Shown: piece by piece, positions 8,732-17,107 of the stretch
Layout: each line of letters opens with the position of its first letter
Numbering within the stretch: position 1 is the first letter of the stretch
Assembly (NCBI GenBank): GCA_964409085.1
Contig: CAYPCE010000008.1
Span: 1-47,561, forward strand
Direction of reading: 5' to 3'
Length of the DNA: 47,561 bases
Origin: an uncultured Desulfobacteraceae bacterium
Lineage (GTDB): Bacteria > Desulfobacterota > Desulfobacteria > Desulfobacterales > JAABSP01
Position numbers and translations under genes: made by a program
Notes under the pieces: generated by a model
Databases searched by the model: none
Told to the model about the DNA's origin: nothing
What the model saw: only the letters and a program-made list of their open reading frames with translations

Positions 8732-10930
8732 ATGTCCCTCCATAAAATCTTAAACGCCGAATCGGTGGCCATCGTCGGCGCGTCCAAAACCGAAACCAAG
8801 CGGGGCTACCAGGCCATCCGGACCCTGCTTGATGAACAGTACGAAGGCGAGATTTATCCCGTAAACCCCAAGGAAAAGAGCGTTCTGGGGTTCAAATGCT
8901 ACAGCCAGGTGTCGGACATCGTCGGGCCGGTGGACATGGCCCTGATCACCACCCCGGCCAGGACCATTCCAGCGGTCCTCAAGGACTGCGGCAAAAAAGG
9001 CGTGGCCGGTGCAGTCATCATCGCCGGCGGCTTCGGGGAATCGGGCACGGAAGGGCTCGGTCTGGAAAACGAGGTGGTTGCCGCCGCCCGTGAAAACGGC
9101 ATCCGCCTCATCGGCCCCAACACTTCCGGCATGATGAATTTAAAAGACCACCTCAATCTGGTGGGCCTCCGGGAGGCGCCCGAAGGGGAAATCGCCCTCC
9201 TCTCCCAAAGCGGCAACATGGCACTGACCCTCATTACCGAAGCCAAGCTCAAAAGCCAGAAGGGGTTTTCCTACTATGTGGGGGTGGGCAACGAGGCCGA
9301 TATCCGGTTCCACGAGTACCTGGAATTCTTTCGGAAAGACAAGAACACCAAAGCCATCCTCATGTACGTGGAGGGGATGCGCGAAGGCCGGAAATTTCTC
9401 CAGCAGGCCTACAAGACCACCCTTCAGAAACCGGTCGTCCTGCTCAAGAGCGGCCGGTCCGCCACGGGTGCCAAGTCGGCCGGGTCCCACACCGGGGCCC
9501 TGGCCGGCATCTCCGAGGTGGCCCGTACCGCCTTCGAACGGGCCGGCATCATGGTGATTGATCGCTCCGACCAGCTCTTTCCCGCGGCCGAGACCCTCTC
9601 CAGCCTGCCGCCCATCAAAAACAACCATGTGGCCATCCTGGCCGACGGCGGGGGACATGCCACCATCGCGGCGGACCTGCTGACGGACCTGGGCGTCGTC
9701 ATTCCGCCGCTGGGAGAAAAGACCCAGGCCCAACTCCGGAAAATCCTGCCGGCCTCAGCATCGGTCCGAAACCCCGTGGACGTGGCCGGGGGCACCGACG
9801 CCGACCCGACCATTTTTGCCGACTGCGCCGAAATCCTTCTCAAGGACCCGCAAATCGGCGGAATGCTGCTGGTGGGACTGTTCGGCGGCTACGGGATCCG
9901 GTTCGCCGAGAGCCTGGCGCTCAAAGAAGAGGATGCGGCCCACCGCATGGGCAAAAAGGTCCGGACCCGGAAAAAACCCATCGTGGTCCACAGCCTCTAT
10001 TCCTCGAAACATCCCCACCCGCTCCATCTGCTCCGCTACTACAACATCCCGGTCTACGACTCCCTGGATGTGGCCTGCAAATCCATCGGCGTGCTGGCGG
10101 AATACGGCCGGTTCCTCGATTCCTACCACGCCAAGGCCAATTTCGTCTTTAACTGGCGGGCCAAGGCCAAACCCGAAGGGGAAAAGATCATCCGGGCGGC
10201 CCGGGAAGCGGGCCGGGACGTGCTCCTGGAACACGAGGCCAAAAAGCTCCTCCAGCTCCACGGTACCCAGAAGTTTAGAGACGTGCTGGCCAAGGACGCC
10301 GACGCCGCGGTGGCGGCGGCCAAGAAAATCGGAAGGCCGGTGGCCCTCAAGATCGTCTCCCCCGACATCCTCCACAAGAGCGACGCCGGCGGGGTCCGCC
10401 TCAATCTCGTGAACGAAGCCGACATCCGGGCCGCCTACGAGGAGATCCTCCAGAACGCCGCCGCCTACAAAGCCGGGGCCGACGTCCGGGGCGTGCTGGT
10501 GTCGCCCATGGCCCAGCGCGGGCTGGAGGTGATCATCGGCACCAAGATCGACGACCAGTTCGGCCCCATCATCATGTTCGGGCTGGGGGGCGTCATGGTG
10601 GAGATCCTCAAGGACGTGGCCTTCCGGGTGCTGCCCATTTCAGAGCGCTCGGCCCGGAAGATGATGGAGGACATCAAGTCGGCGCCCATCCTGGACGGCA
10701 TCCGGGGGGAACCGGGCTACGACAAAAAGGCCCTGAAGGGGACGTTGCTCATGTGCTCGGAACTGATCGAATCCTATCCGGAAATCAAAGAGATGGACCT
10801 GAACCCCATCATCGTCTACGAAAAAGGGATCAACATCGTGGACGCCCGGATCATCCTGAAAAACGGCGACGAACCGCCCATCGTGGAGGCCGAACCCGAA
10901 AAAAAGCGGAAAGGCGGGACAAAGAAATGA
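8732..10930 (+). CDS. Acetate--CoA ligase (ADP-forming), fused alpha/beta type (CoA-binding + SCS-like + ATP-grasp)
   Basis: 732 aa. N-terminal CoA-binding region (VAIVGASKTETKRGYQ...IYPVNPK), a succinyl-CoA-synthetase-like middle region and a C-terminal ATP-grasp region (ALKIVSPDILHKSDAGGV). Confidence 0.85.
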   Translation: MSLHKILNAESVAIVGASKTETKRGYQAIRTLLDEQYEGEIYPVNPKEKSVLGFKCYSQVSDIVGPVDMALITTPARTIPAVLKDCGKKGVAGAVIIAGGFGESGTEGLGLENEVVAAARENGIRLIGPNTSGMMNLKDHLNLVGLREAPEGEIALLSQSGNMALTLITEAKLKSQKGFSYYVGVGNEADIRFHEYLEFFRKDKNTKAILMYVEGMREGRKFLQQAYKTTLQKPVVLLKSGRSATGAKSAGSHTGALAGISEVARTAFERAGIMVIDRSDQLFPAAETLSSLPPIKNNHVAILADGGGHATIAADLLTDLGVVIPPLGEKTQAQLRKILPASASVRNPVDVAGGTDADPTIFADCAEILLKDPQIGGMLLVGLFGGYGIRFAESLALKEEDAAHRMGKKVRTRKKPIVVHSLYSSKHPHPLHLLRYYNIPVYDSLDVACKSIGVLAEYGRFLDSYHAKANFVFNWRAKAKPEGEKIIRAAREAGRDVLLEHEAKKLLQLHGTQKFRDVLAKDADAAVAAAKKIGRPVALKIVSPDILHKSDAGGVRLNLVNEADIRAAYEEILQNAAAYKAGADVRGVLVSPMAQRGLEVIIGTKIDDQFGPIIMFGLGGVMVEILKDVAFRVLPISERSARKMMEDIKSAPILDGIRGEPGYDKKALKGTLLMCSELIESYPEIKEMDLNPIIVYEKGINIVDARIILKNGDEPPIVEAEPEKKRKGGTKK

Positions 10931-12168
10931 TCGCGGAAATTCTGGCGACCGGGGATGAGATCCGCTCCGGGGCCCTGGTGGACAGCAATTCAGCCCACAT
11001 CGCCTCGGAGCTGGAAGCGGCCGGGGTGGCGGTGGCCCGCCACCTCTGCGTGGGGGACGACTTAGGCGCGTTGACGGCGGCCATTGAGGAGATCGCGGCA
11101 CGGGCCGCCGTGGCGGTGGTCACCGGCGGTTTGGGACCGACGGAGGACGACCTCACGGCCGGGGCCGCAGCCCGGGCCGCGGGCGTCTCCCTGGTGTTGA
11201 ACCGGACGGCGCTGTCGGATGTGGAAGCCTTTTTCACTTCCAGGGGCCGGGAGATGGGTCCGTCCAACCGGAAGCAGGCCATGCTCCCCGACGGGGCGAC
11301 GATGATCGCCAACCCGGTGGGGACGGCCCCCGGCTTTTCCCTGACGGTGGGAAACTGCCTGTTCTTTTTCGTGCCCGGGGTCCCCTTCGAGATGAAGCGG
11401 ATGATGGCCGACGCGGTGCTCCCGGCCATCAAGTCCCGGTTCGGAAAGGACCGGGAAACGGTGCGGGTCAAGACGCTGTCCACCTTCGGACTGCCGGAGT
11501 CGGTGACCGGCGAAAAACTTTCGGGCTTCGAATCGGCCTTCTCGGGGCTCAAGCTGGGGTTGCGGGCCAAGTTTCCCGAGATCCAGGTGAAGCTCTATGG
11601 AATCGGCCGGGAGGAGGCCGCCGTCGAGATCCTCCTCGAATCGGCCACTGGATGGGTTCGGGAACGACTGGGGAATAAAATCTTCTCCGAAACGGGCCAG
11701 TCCATGGAAGAGGCGGTGGGCGAGCGGCTGCGCCGGTCCGGCGCTACGCTGGCCATGGCCGAAAGCTGCACCGGCGGCCTCATCGCCCACAAAATGACCA
11801 ACGTGTCGGGGAGTTCGGACTATTTCCTCTTCTCCGGCGTCACCTACTCCAACGAGGCGAAGATGCGCGTTCTGGGGGTCTCCGAAAAGACCTTGAAACA
11901 ATACGGCGCGGTGAGCGAGGAAACGGCCCGGGAAATGGCCGAAGGAGCCCGGCAGGCGGCCGACGCCACCTGGGGCATCGCCACCACCGGCATCGCCGGC
12001 CCCGACGGCGGCACGCCGGACAAACCCGTGGGCACCGTCTGCATCGGCATCGCCGGCCCCGACGGCGTCAACGCCAAACGGTTCGTGCTGTCGTATCCCA
12101 GCCGGCGGATGAACAAGACGGTGTTTGCGGTGACGGCGCTGGATGGGTTGCGGCGGGCGTTGGGGTGA
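10927..12168 (+). CDS. cinA: Competence/damage-inducible protein CinA (MoCF-binding + CinA C-terminal domain)
   Basis: N-terminal molybdopterin-binding-like region (IAEILATGDEI) and a C-terminal CinA motif (LAMAESCTGGLIA). The start is coupled as ATGA to the upstream stop; the track ORF from 10753 is trimmed. Confidence 0.85.
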   Translation: MIAEILATGDEIRSGALVDSNSAHIASELEAAGVAVARHLCVGDDLGALTAAIEEIAARAAVAVVTGGLGPTEDDLTAGAAARAAGVSLVLNRTALSDVEAFFTSRGREMGPSNRKQAMLPDGATMIANPVGTAPGFSLTVGNCLFFFVPGVPFEMKRMMADAVLPAIKSRFGKDRETVRVKTLSTFGLPESVTGEKLSGFESAFSGLKLGLRAKFPEIQVKLYGIGREEAAVEILLESATGWVRERLGNKIFSETGQSMEEAVGERLRRSGATLAMAESCTGGLIAHKMTNVSGSSDYFLFSGVTYSNEAKMRVLGVSEKTLKQYGAVSEETAREMAEGARQAADATWGIATTGIAGPDGGTPDKPVGTVCIGIAGPDGVNAKRFVLSYPSRRMNKTVFAVTALDGLRRALG

Positions 12169-12175
12169 ATAAGAA

Positions 12176-12445
12176 ATGAACGCACCCTATCTGGAGGTAA
12201 CATTCAGACATGGCCGCCCCATCGCCGCGTACCTTTATCTGCAAAGAAAAGCGGGGGACAAAAGTCATCGCACGGTGAAAGCAGAGTCTGAAATGGTGAT
12301 TGATTATGAACAAAGCGGACAGGCGATTGGAATCGAAATTACGGCACCGGGAAAGGTAACAGTGACAGAATTGAATCGCGTGCTTTCCGCCATTGGTGCG
12401 CCGACTATAAACGGCGATGACATCGCCCCCTTGCAGGCTGCATAG
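12176..12445 (+). CDS. DUF2283-family small protein (89 aa)
   Basis: The pattern 'YLEVTFRHGRPIAAYLYL...IGIEI' matches the DUF2283 signature (YDxEADALYIxL...IGIEI). It sits in a short lower-GC patch. No DUF4258 partner is nearby. Confidence 0.55.
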   Translation: MNAPYLEVTFRHGRPIAAYLYLQRKAGDKSHRTVKAESEMVIDYEQSGQAIGIEITAPGKVTVTELNRVLSAIGAPTINGDDIAPLQAA

Positions 12446-12503
12446 CGAGAAAAGAATCGAAAGATAGACACCAATCCAAAAATCGACCCAAAGGAGCCGC
12501 CCC

Positions 12504-13340
12504 ATGACCACCCGCCTCACCATCCTATGTGAAAACTCCGTCGCCATCCCCTTCGGCGTCGTCGGCGAGCACGGATTCGCCTGTTTTATCGAAACGCCGG
12601 ACGGCAATTACCTGTTCGACACCGGACAGGGCTTCGGCATTCTCCAGAACGCGGTGGCCCTCAAAACGGACCTGGCGTCCATCAAGGGGATCATGATCAG
12701 CCACGGCCATTACGACCACACCGGCGGGCTGCCGCTGGTGCTGGGGGTCCGGGGCGCCGTGGACGTGTTCGGCCATCCGGACATGTTTTCGGAACGGTAC
12801 TGGACAAACGGCGACGAGCGCCGGTTCATCGGCATCCCCTTCCGGCGGGAATTTCTGGAGGCCCGGGGCGCCCGGTTCCGCCTCAGCCGGGAGTTCGTCG
12901 AAGTCGGCCCCGGCGTCTGGCTCACCGGCGAGATTCCCCGCCGCACCGCCTTCGAAAAAGGGGACGCCAACATGGTCGCCCTCACGCCCCAGGGCGAAAC
13001 CCAACACCCCGATCCCCTCACCGACGACCTTTCCCTGGCCGTGGACACCCCCAAGGGACTGGTCCTGGTGCTGGGGTGCGCCCATGCCGGCATGGTCAAC
13101 ATCATCGACCACATCATGGAAACCCTCAACCGGGACCGGATCTACGCCGTCATCGGCGGCACCCATCTGGGGTTTTCAGGGGAGGAGCAGTTCGAAGAGA
13201 CGTTAAAAACCCTGGACAGATTCCGTATCGAGAAGATCGGCGTCTCCCACTGCACCGGCCTGATCAAAGCGGCCCAGCTCTACAACCGGCTGGGCGAACG
13301 GTTTTTCTTCGGCAGCGTAGGGACCGCGCTGGAGATTTAA
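12504..13340 (+). CDS. MBL-fold metallo-hydrolase
   Basis: HxHxDH motif (ISHGHYDHTGG) and downstream His/Asp ligands (VLGCAHAG; GGTHLG). Confidence 0.8.
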   Translation: MTTRLTILCENSVAIPFGVVGEHGFACFIETPDGNYLFDTGQGFGILQNAVALKTDLASIKGIMISHGHYDHTGGLPLVLGVRGAVDVFGHPDMFSERYWTNGDERRFIGIPFRREFLEARGARFRLSREFVEVGPGVWLTGEIPRRTAFEKGDANMVALTPQGETQHPDPLTDDLSLAVDTPKGLVLVLGCAHAGMVNIIDHIMETLNRDRIYAVIGGTHLGFSGEEQFEETLKTLDRFRIEKIGVSHCTGLIKAAQLYNRLGERFFFGSVGTALEI

Positions 13341-13640
13341 ACCGCGTCACACCGTAAAAAAACGCGGGACAGCACCCAAAGCCATTCCTTTCACGACCCG
13401 TGATCCGCCGCCAATGGGCATCGAGAAGGTCCAGGCTTTTTCCCGCCTTCCCGATGGCATCGAGCCGGCCATCGGCCACATCGGCCGGCTGGGTCCGCTG
13501 GCCATGAAGACCAGGGCCCGTTTCCGCTGGTTGCCGTCTATTCATCGTAAAGGAGAACCCGCGGAAAAAGTGTACCGACCCACGACCAACCGCCATAGAC
13601 GAAGAAAATCGACCGTTGGATGGATGAAAGGAGCCCCGCC

Positions 13641-14768
13641 ATGGTGCATAGCGAATCGAATCAAAAATGGAACCGACGCCCCGGCGCGGTGTTGGAAGAA
13701 GCGCTTCGGCTGGCGTTGGCGCTGGCGGTAATGCTGGGGGGAATTGTCCTGTCACTGGCCGGGGGTTCGAAAGGGATGTACTGGGTGCCGCTCTGGGCCA
13801 TTGCAGCCATCGGGGGCTGGCTCGCGGCACCACGGCTGCTGCGGGCCATGTCGACTGCGGGGGTGTTCGGTCGCGTCCGGCTGAAAGACGGGCGACTTTA
13901 TGCGTCCGGCCGGCATTTCATCGAACTTGATAGCCCCATGACGGTGGAGGCGCGGTTTCAGCGGGCGACCCTGCAACATCGGTTTCTTCTTTCCCAGGTG
14001 TCGCCCAATTTCGGCCGCGTGGAACGAACCGCCACCAAACGCATCCTGATGATGACCGTGGTGATCCACCAGGGAGCGAGCGTCGTTGCGCTGGCCGCCG
14101 ACGCAATCGCCCGGCAACTCGAACAGCCGTTGGAATTGGAGGGGCTCAACCTGCGCCGCGTCGCCATTTCACCGCCGCCTGCACCGGTAGCAGCGCGTCT
14201 GTGGCCGCAGGACCTGGTCGACATCCTTCGAGTGCTGCAAACATCCGCCGGATATCAGACCGCCTTGAGCCCGGTTCCCGGCCGCGCACTGCCGGATCCG
14301 CGCCGGTCGATCTGGCCCCTCTGGAAAATGACCGCCGGAATCTTCGCGGTTCTGTTGTTGTGGATGGGCGCCGTGGCGGGCACATTCGTTTATTTCCGGC
14401 ATGTCCGTTTGGAGGAAATCGCCCGGGCGAAGGCGGAGGCCAGTATGGCGGCGTCTCGCGCGGAGGAAACGGCCCGATCCACCTATCTGGGACAACGGGT
14501 GACGGCCCCGATGCGGAAATGGCGCATCGAAGGTCGTGTGGACGATGTGGTTATGGTGAAAAAAGTCCGCTTCGAGCCGGAGAGGGTCGAATTCATGGGG
14601 CCGATGCTGGTGGTGACCGTCGAGGCGATATTTGACCAAAACAATGAACCGATGCCGCCGGACACGGAAATTTATCATCGCCATGTGGACGACCGGATTT
14701 GGGTGGGCAGCCGGGTGGAACTGGAGCCTGGAGAGGCGCGGGTGGTGACGGACGAAGACACCCGATGA
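13641..14768 (+). CDS. Hypothetical membrane protein (3 predicted TM helices)
   Basis: An AAAGGAG SD lies 8 nt before ATG 13641. Hydrophobic helices (ALALAVMLGGIVLSLAGG; WVPLWAIAAIGGWLAAP; GIFAVLLLWMGAVAGTFVYF). No recognisable domain. Confidence 0.5.
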   Translation: MVHSESNQKWNRRPGAVLEEALRLALALAVMLGGIVLSLAGGSKGMYWVPLWAIAAIGGWLAAPRLLRAMSTAGVFGRVRLKDGRLYASGRHFIELDSPMTVEARFQRATLQHRFLLSQVSPNFGRVERTATKRILMMTVVIHQGASVVALAADAIARQLEQPLELEGLNLRRVAISPPPAPVAARLWPQDLVDILRVLQTSAGYQTALSPVPGRALPDPRRSIWPLWKMTAGIFAVLLLWMGAVAGTFVYFRHVRLEEIARAKAEASMAASRAEETARSTYLGQRVTAPMRKWRIEGRVDDVVMVKKVRFEPERVEFMGPMLVVTVEAIFDQNNEPMPPDTEIYHRHVDDRIWVGSRVELEPGEARVVTDEDTR

Positions 14769-15367
14769 CCATGGATGGTGCTGTACCCGGCATGAATGCC
14801 TTCCACGAACCGGAATCCCGACGATTTTTGCATCCTCACCTCAAGGCGGAAAGCGCCGACAAGCTGGGCGCCCATTCCATCAGCGCGATCATCGCCGACC
14901 CGGAAGGCGGTATCTGGATCGGCACGATCGACAGCGGCTTGATTCATTTCGACAAAAGGACCGGCGGATTCGTCCATTACCGGCATGATCCGGAAGGCCC
15001 AAACAGCCTGAGTTCCGATGCCGTATCGGCACCAGCGGCGGCGGGCTCAACGCGTTCCATCCGTCCACCGGACGCTTCGCCAGCTACCGAAAAGCTGGGG
15101 CTCGATGCGGACTACCCGTACGCCGCAAACCGGACCACCGGTTTTTCCAAAAACGGGATCCTCGTCCTGGCCAGCGACGGCATTCCGGAAGCCCGAAACA
15201 CGGATGGGGAAATGTTCGGAAAAGAACGGCTGCGCGAACTCATCCGGTCATCGGCCCACGAGAGCGCCAAAAACATTGCCGGCCGGATTTTCGACGCCGT
15301 CGGCGCTTTTTCCAAGGGGACGATGCCCGAAGACGACCGGGCGTTGGTGGTGATCAAACATTCATGA
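14765..15367 (+). pseudogene. Degraded remnant of a sensor protein: two-component-regulator propeller (Reg_prop) repeats plus a SpoIIE/PP2C phosphatase C-terminus, with a frameshift
   Basis: One frame carries a propeller repeat (GGIWIGTIDSGLIHFDKRTGGFVHYRHDPEGPNSL). The next repeat (RIGTSGGGLNAFHPSTGRFASYRK) is in a different frame at about 15023-15093. The original frame then ends with a PP2C/SpoIIE tail (GILVLASDGIPEARNTDGEMFGKERL...DDRALVVIKH). There is no room for the intervening domains. Confidence 0.45.
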
Positions 15368-15650
15368 AAACAAGACGCCATGATTAAATGATGAATTCAT
15401 TTTGGTGTACACTCGATGCTGCCGGGGAATCGGCGGAGAATTTTTGTCGGCATCACCGGGCGGGCCGATGCCACCCGGCGCCTGTTCACCGATGTTTCCG
15501 GACGTGGCGGGCAGACGCCAACGTGCTCCCCCGGGGCGCCAGCGGCGCAGCAAGGATCTGCCGGCTGACGCCGTCCGGCCCGCCGGGAATTTGCCGGAGG
15601 CGGTTGTGGAAAATCTGGACAAAGCGCCAAAAGTATTTTAAGTAGGGGCC

Positions 15651-16166
15651 ATGAAAACACGATATGCAATCCCATGGCTGATGGTGGCCGCCGCCCTGCT
15701 CTTCCTGGCTGTTTCCGGGGCTGCGGCGGCCCAGGATCTCTGGGTGGTTTCCGACGGGACCCGGCTCCAGGCGGAGCCGACCGCCGCGTCGGCTTCCGTG
15801 GTCCGGCTGCCCTTGGACGCGAAGCTGACCCGCCTTTCCACCGCCGATAAATGGTACGAGGTGCGGACGGAAAACGGCGAAACCGGCTGGGTCTACCGGG
15901 GCAAGGTCTCCGAGACCAAACCGGGGGACGAAGGGGGCGAACTGGACGAATTGCTGGGGGATCTGGGGGAAAGCGACATCCTCCTGGCGGCCGCCGACAC
16001 CTCCCGGAGCGTCCGCGGATTTATGGACGAGCCCGAATCCGAAGGAGCGCCGCCCATACCGGAGCCCTACCGCAGCGCCCTCGACCGGGTCCTGACGTTT
16101 TATGTCGGAGAGGCGGAAGTCGATGCGTTTTTACAGGAAGGAGGCATTGGTGAATATGCGCCCTAA
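15651..16166 (+). CDS. Secreted bacterial SH3 (SH3b)-domain protein with an acidic C-terminal tail
   Basis: Signal peptide (MKTRYAIPWLMVAAALLFLAVSGAAAAQ) and an SH3b-like core (ASVVRLPLDAKLTRLSTADKWYEVRTENGETGWVYRGKV). Confidence 0.65.
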   Translation: MKTRYAIPWLMVAAALLFLAVSGAAAAQDLWVVSDGTRLQAEPTAASASVVRLPLDAKLTRLSTADKWYEVRTENGETGWVYRGKVSETKPGDEGGELDELLGDLGESDILLAAADTSRSVRGFMDEPESEGAPPIPEPYRSALDRVLTFYVGEAEVDAFLQEGGIGEYAP

Positions 16167-16959
16167 CCGCCGGAAAACCGGGTTCGGATGCCGTCCGGCG
16201 ATGCCCCGCCGCCGGTACGGTGGTGGATGGTGGCTGGTCATGGCGCTGGGATTCCTGGCAATGGCCGTTCCCGCGGGGGCCGATTCGTTTCAGGCCGAGG
16301 TCGTCATCGGTGACCGGCTGGCGGCGGCGGGGTTCCAGCGATACGGAATGCCCATCGAAAACGACGAGATCCAGTCTTACGTCAACAAAGTCGGGGCCGC
16401 GGTCACCCGAAACGCCGCCGAACCGGACACGCCTTTTTATTTCGTGGTGCTGGACAACGATCGGATCATCGCCTCCTGGTCCTGCCCCGGCGGCATCGTG
16501 GCCCTCACCACGGGGTTTCTCCGGGTCATGGAAAACGAGGCCGAACTGGCCGGGGTCCTGGCCCACGAAGCGGCCCACGTGACCGGCCGGCATCCGCTCC
16601 GGTCCTATGGAAGGGCCGACTTCGAAGGTTCGGCCGACACCCTTGCCGAACTGATCAAACGGCTGGCCACGGTCGTCTTCCGGCAGGGCATCTCCCCCTC
16701 CCTGGAGTACGCCGCCGATGACCGGTCACTGGAGACCGTTTACCGGACCGGATACGACCCCGGTGCCTTTGTCCATCTGCTGAAGCGGCTCCAGGAGGTG
16801 TCCGACGCGGCCCGCCTCTCCGGCTCCTGGTTCCGGACCCATCCGGATACGGCATTACGGATCGAACGATGCCGGACGCGCCTCGCCGACTTCAGGGACC
16901 GGGCCGAACTGGCGACCGTGCCCCGTCGATTCGCCGAGATCATGGGCCGACTGGATTGA
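16156..16959 (+). CDS. M48-family zinc metallopeptidase (HtpX/BepA-like)
   Basis: HEXXH motif (VLAHEAAHVTGRH) and a signal/TM segment (WWLVMALGFLAMAVPAGA). GGAAGGAGG SD lies 10 nt before ATG 16156. The gene overlaps the SH3 gene end by 11 nt. Confidence 0.8.
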   Translation: MRPNRRKTGFGCRPAMPRRRYGGGWWLVMALGFLAMAVPAGADSFQAEVVIGDRLAAAGFQRYGMPIENDEIQSYVNKVGAAVTRNAAEPDTPFYFVVLDNDRIIASWSCPGGIVALTTGFLRVMENEAELAGVLAHEAAHVTGRHPLRSYGRADFEGSADTLAELIKRLATVVFRQGISPSLEYAADDRSLETVYRTGYDPGAFVHLLKRLQEVSDAARLSGSWFRTHPDTALRIERCRTRLADFRDRAELATVPRRFAEIMGRLD

Positions 16960-17107
16960 TCCCCGTTGCGCACCCAAGGCCATGACCTCCCGGAACCAGA
17001 CCGACCGCCCCGCCACCGTTTCCCCCGGGAGCCGGCCCGTCCATCCTCTGGCATCCCGGAGATCCGGAAGACCCCGCGACACCTTCTGGATCTTTACCGT
17101 ACCGCCC

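Noticed and set aside
14699-15367. The 222-aa ORF as one intact gene
   Set aside because: Composite of unrelated domain fragments with an out-of-frame propeller repeat; better explained as a decayed pseudogene.
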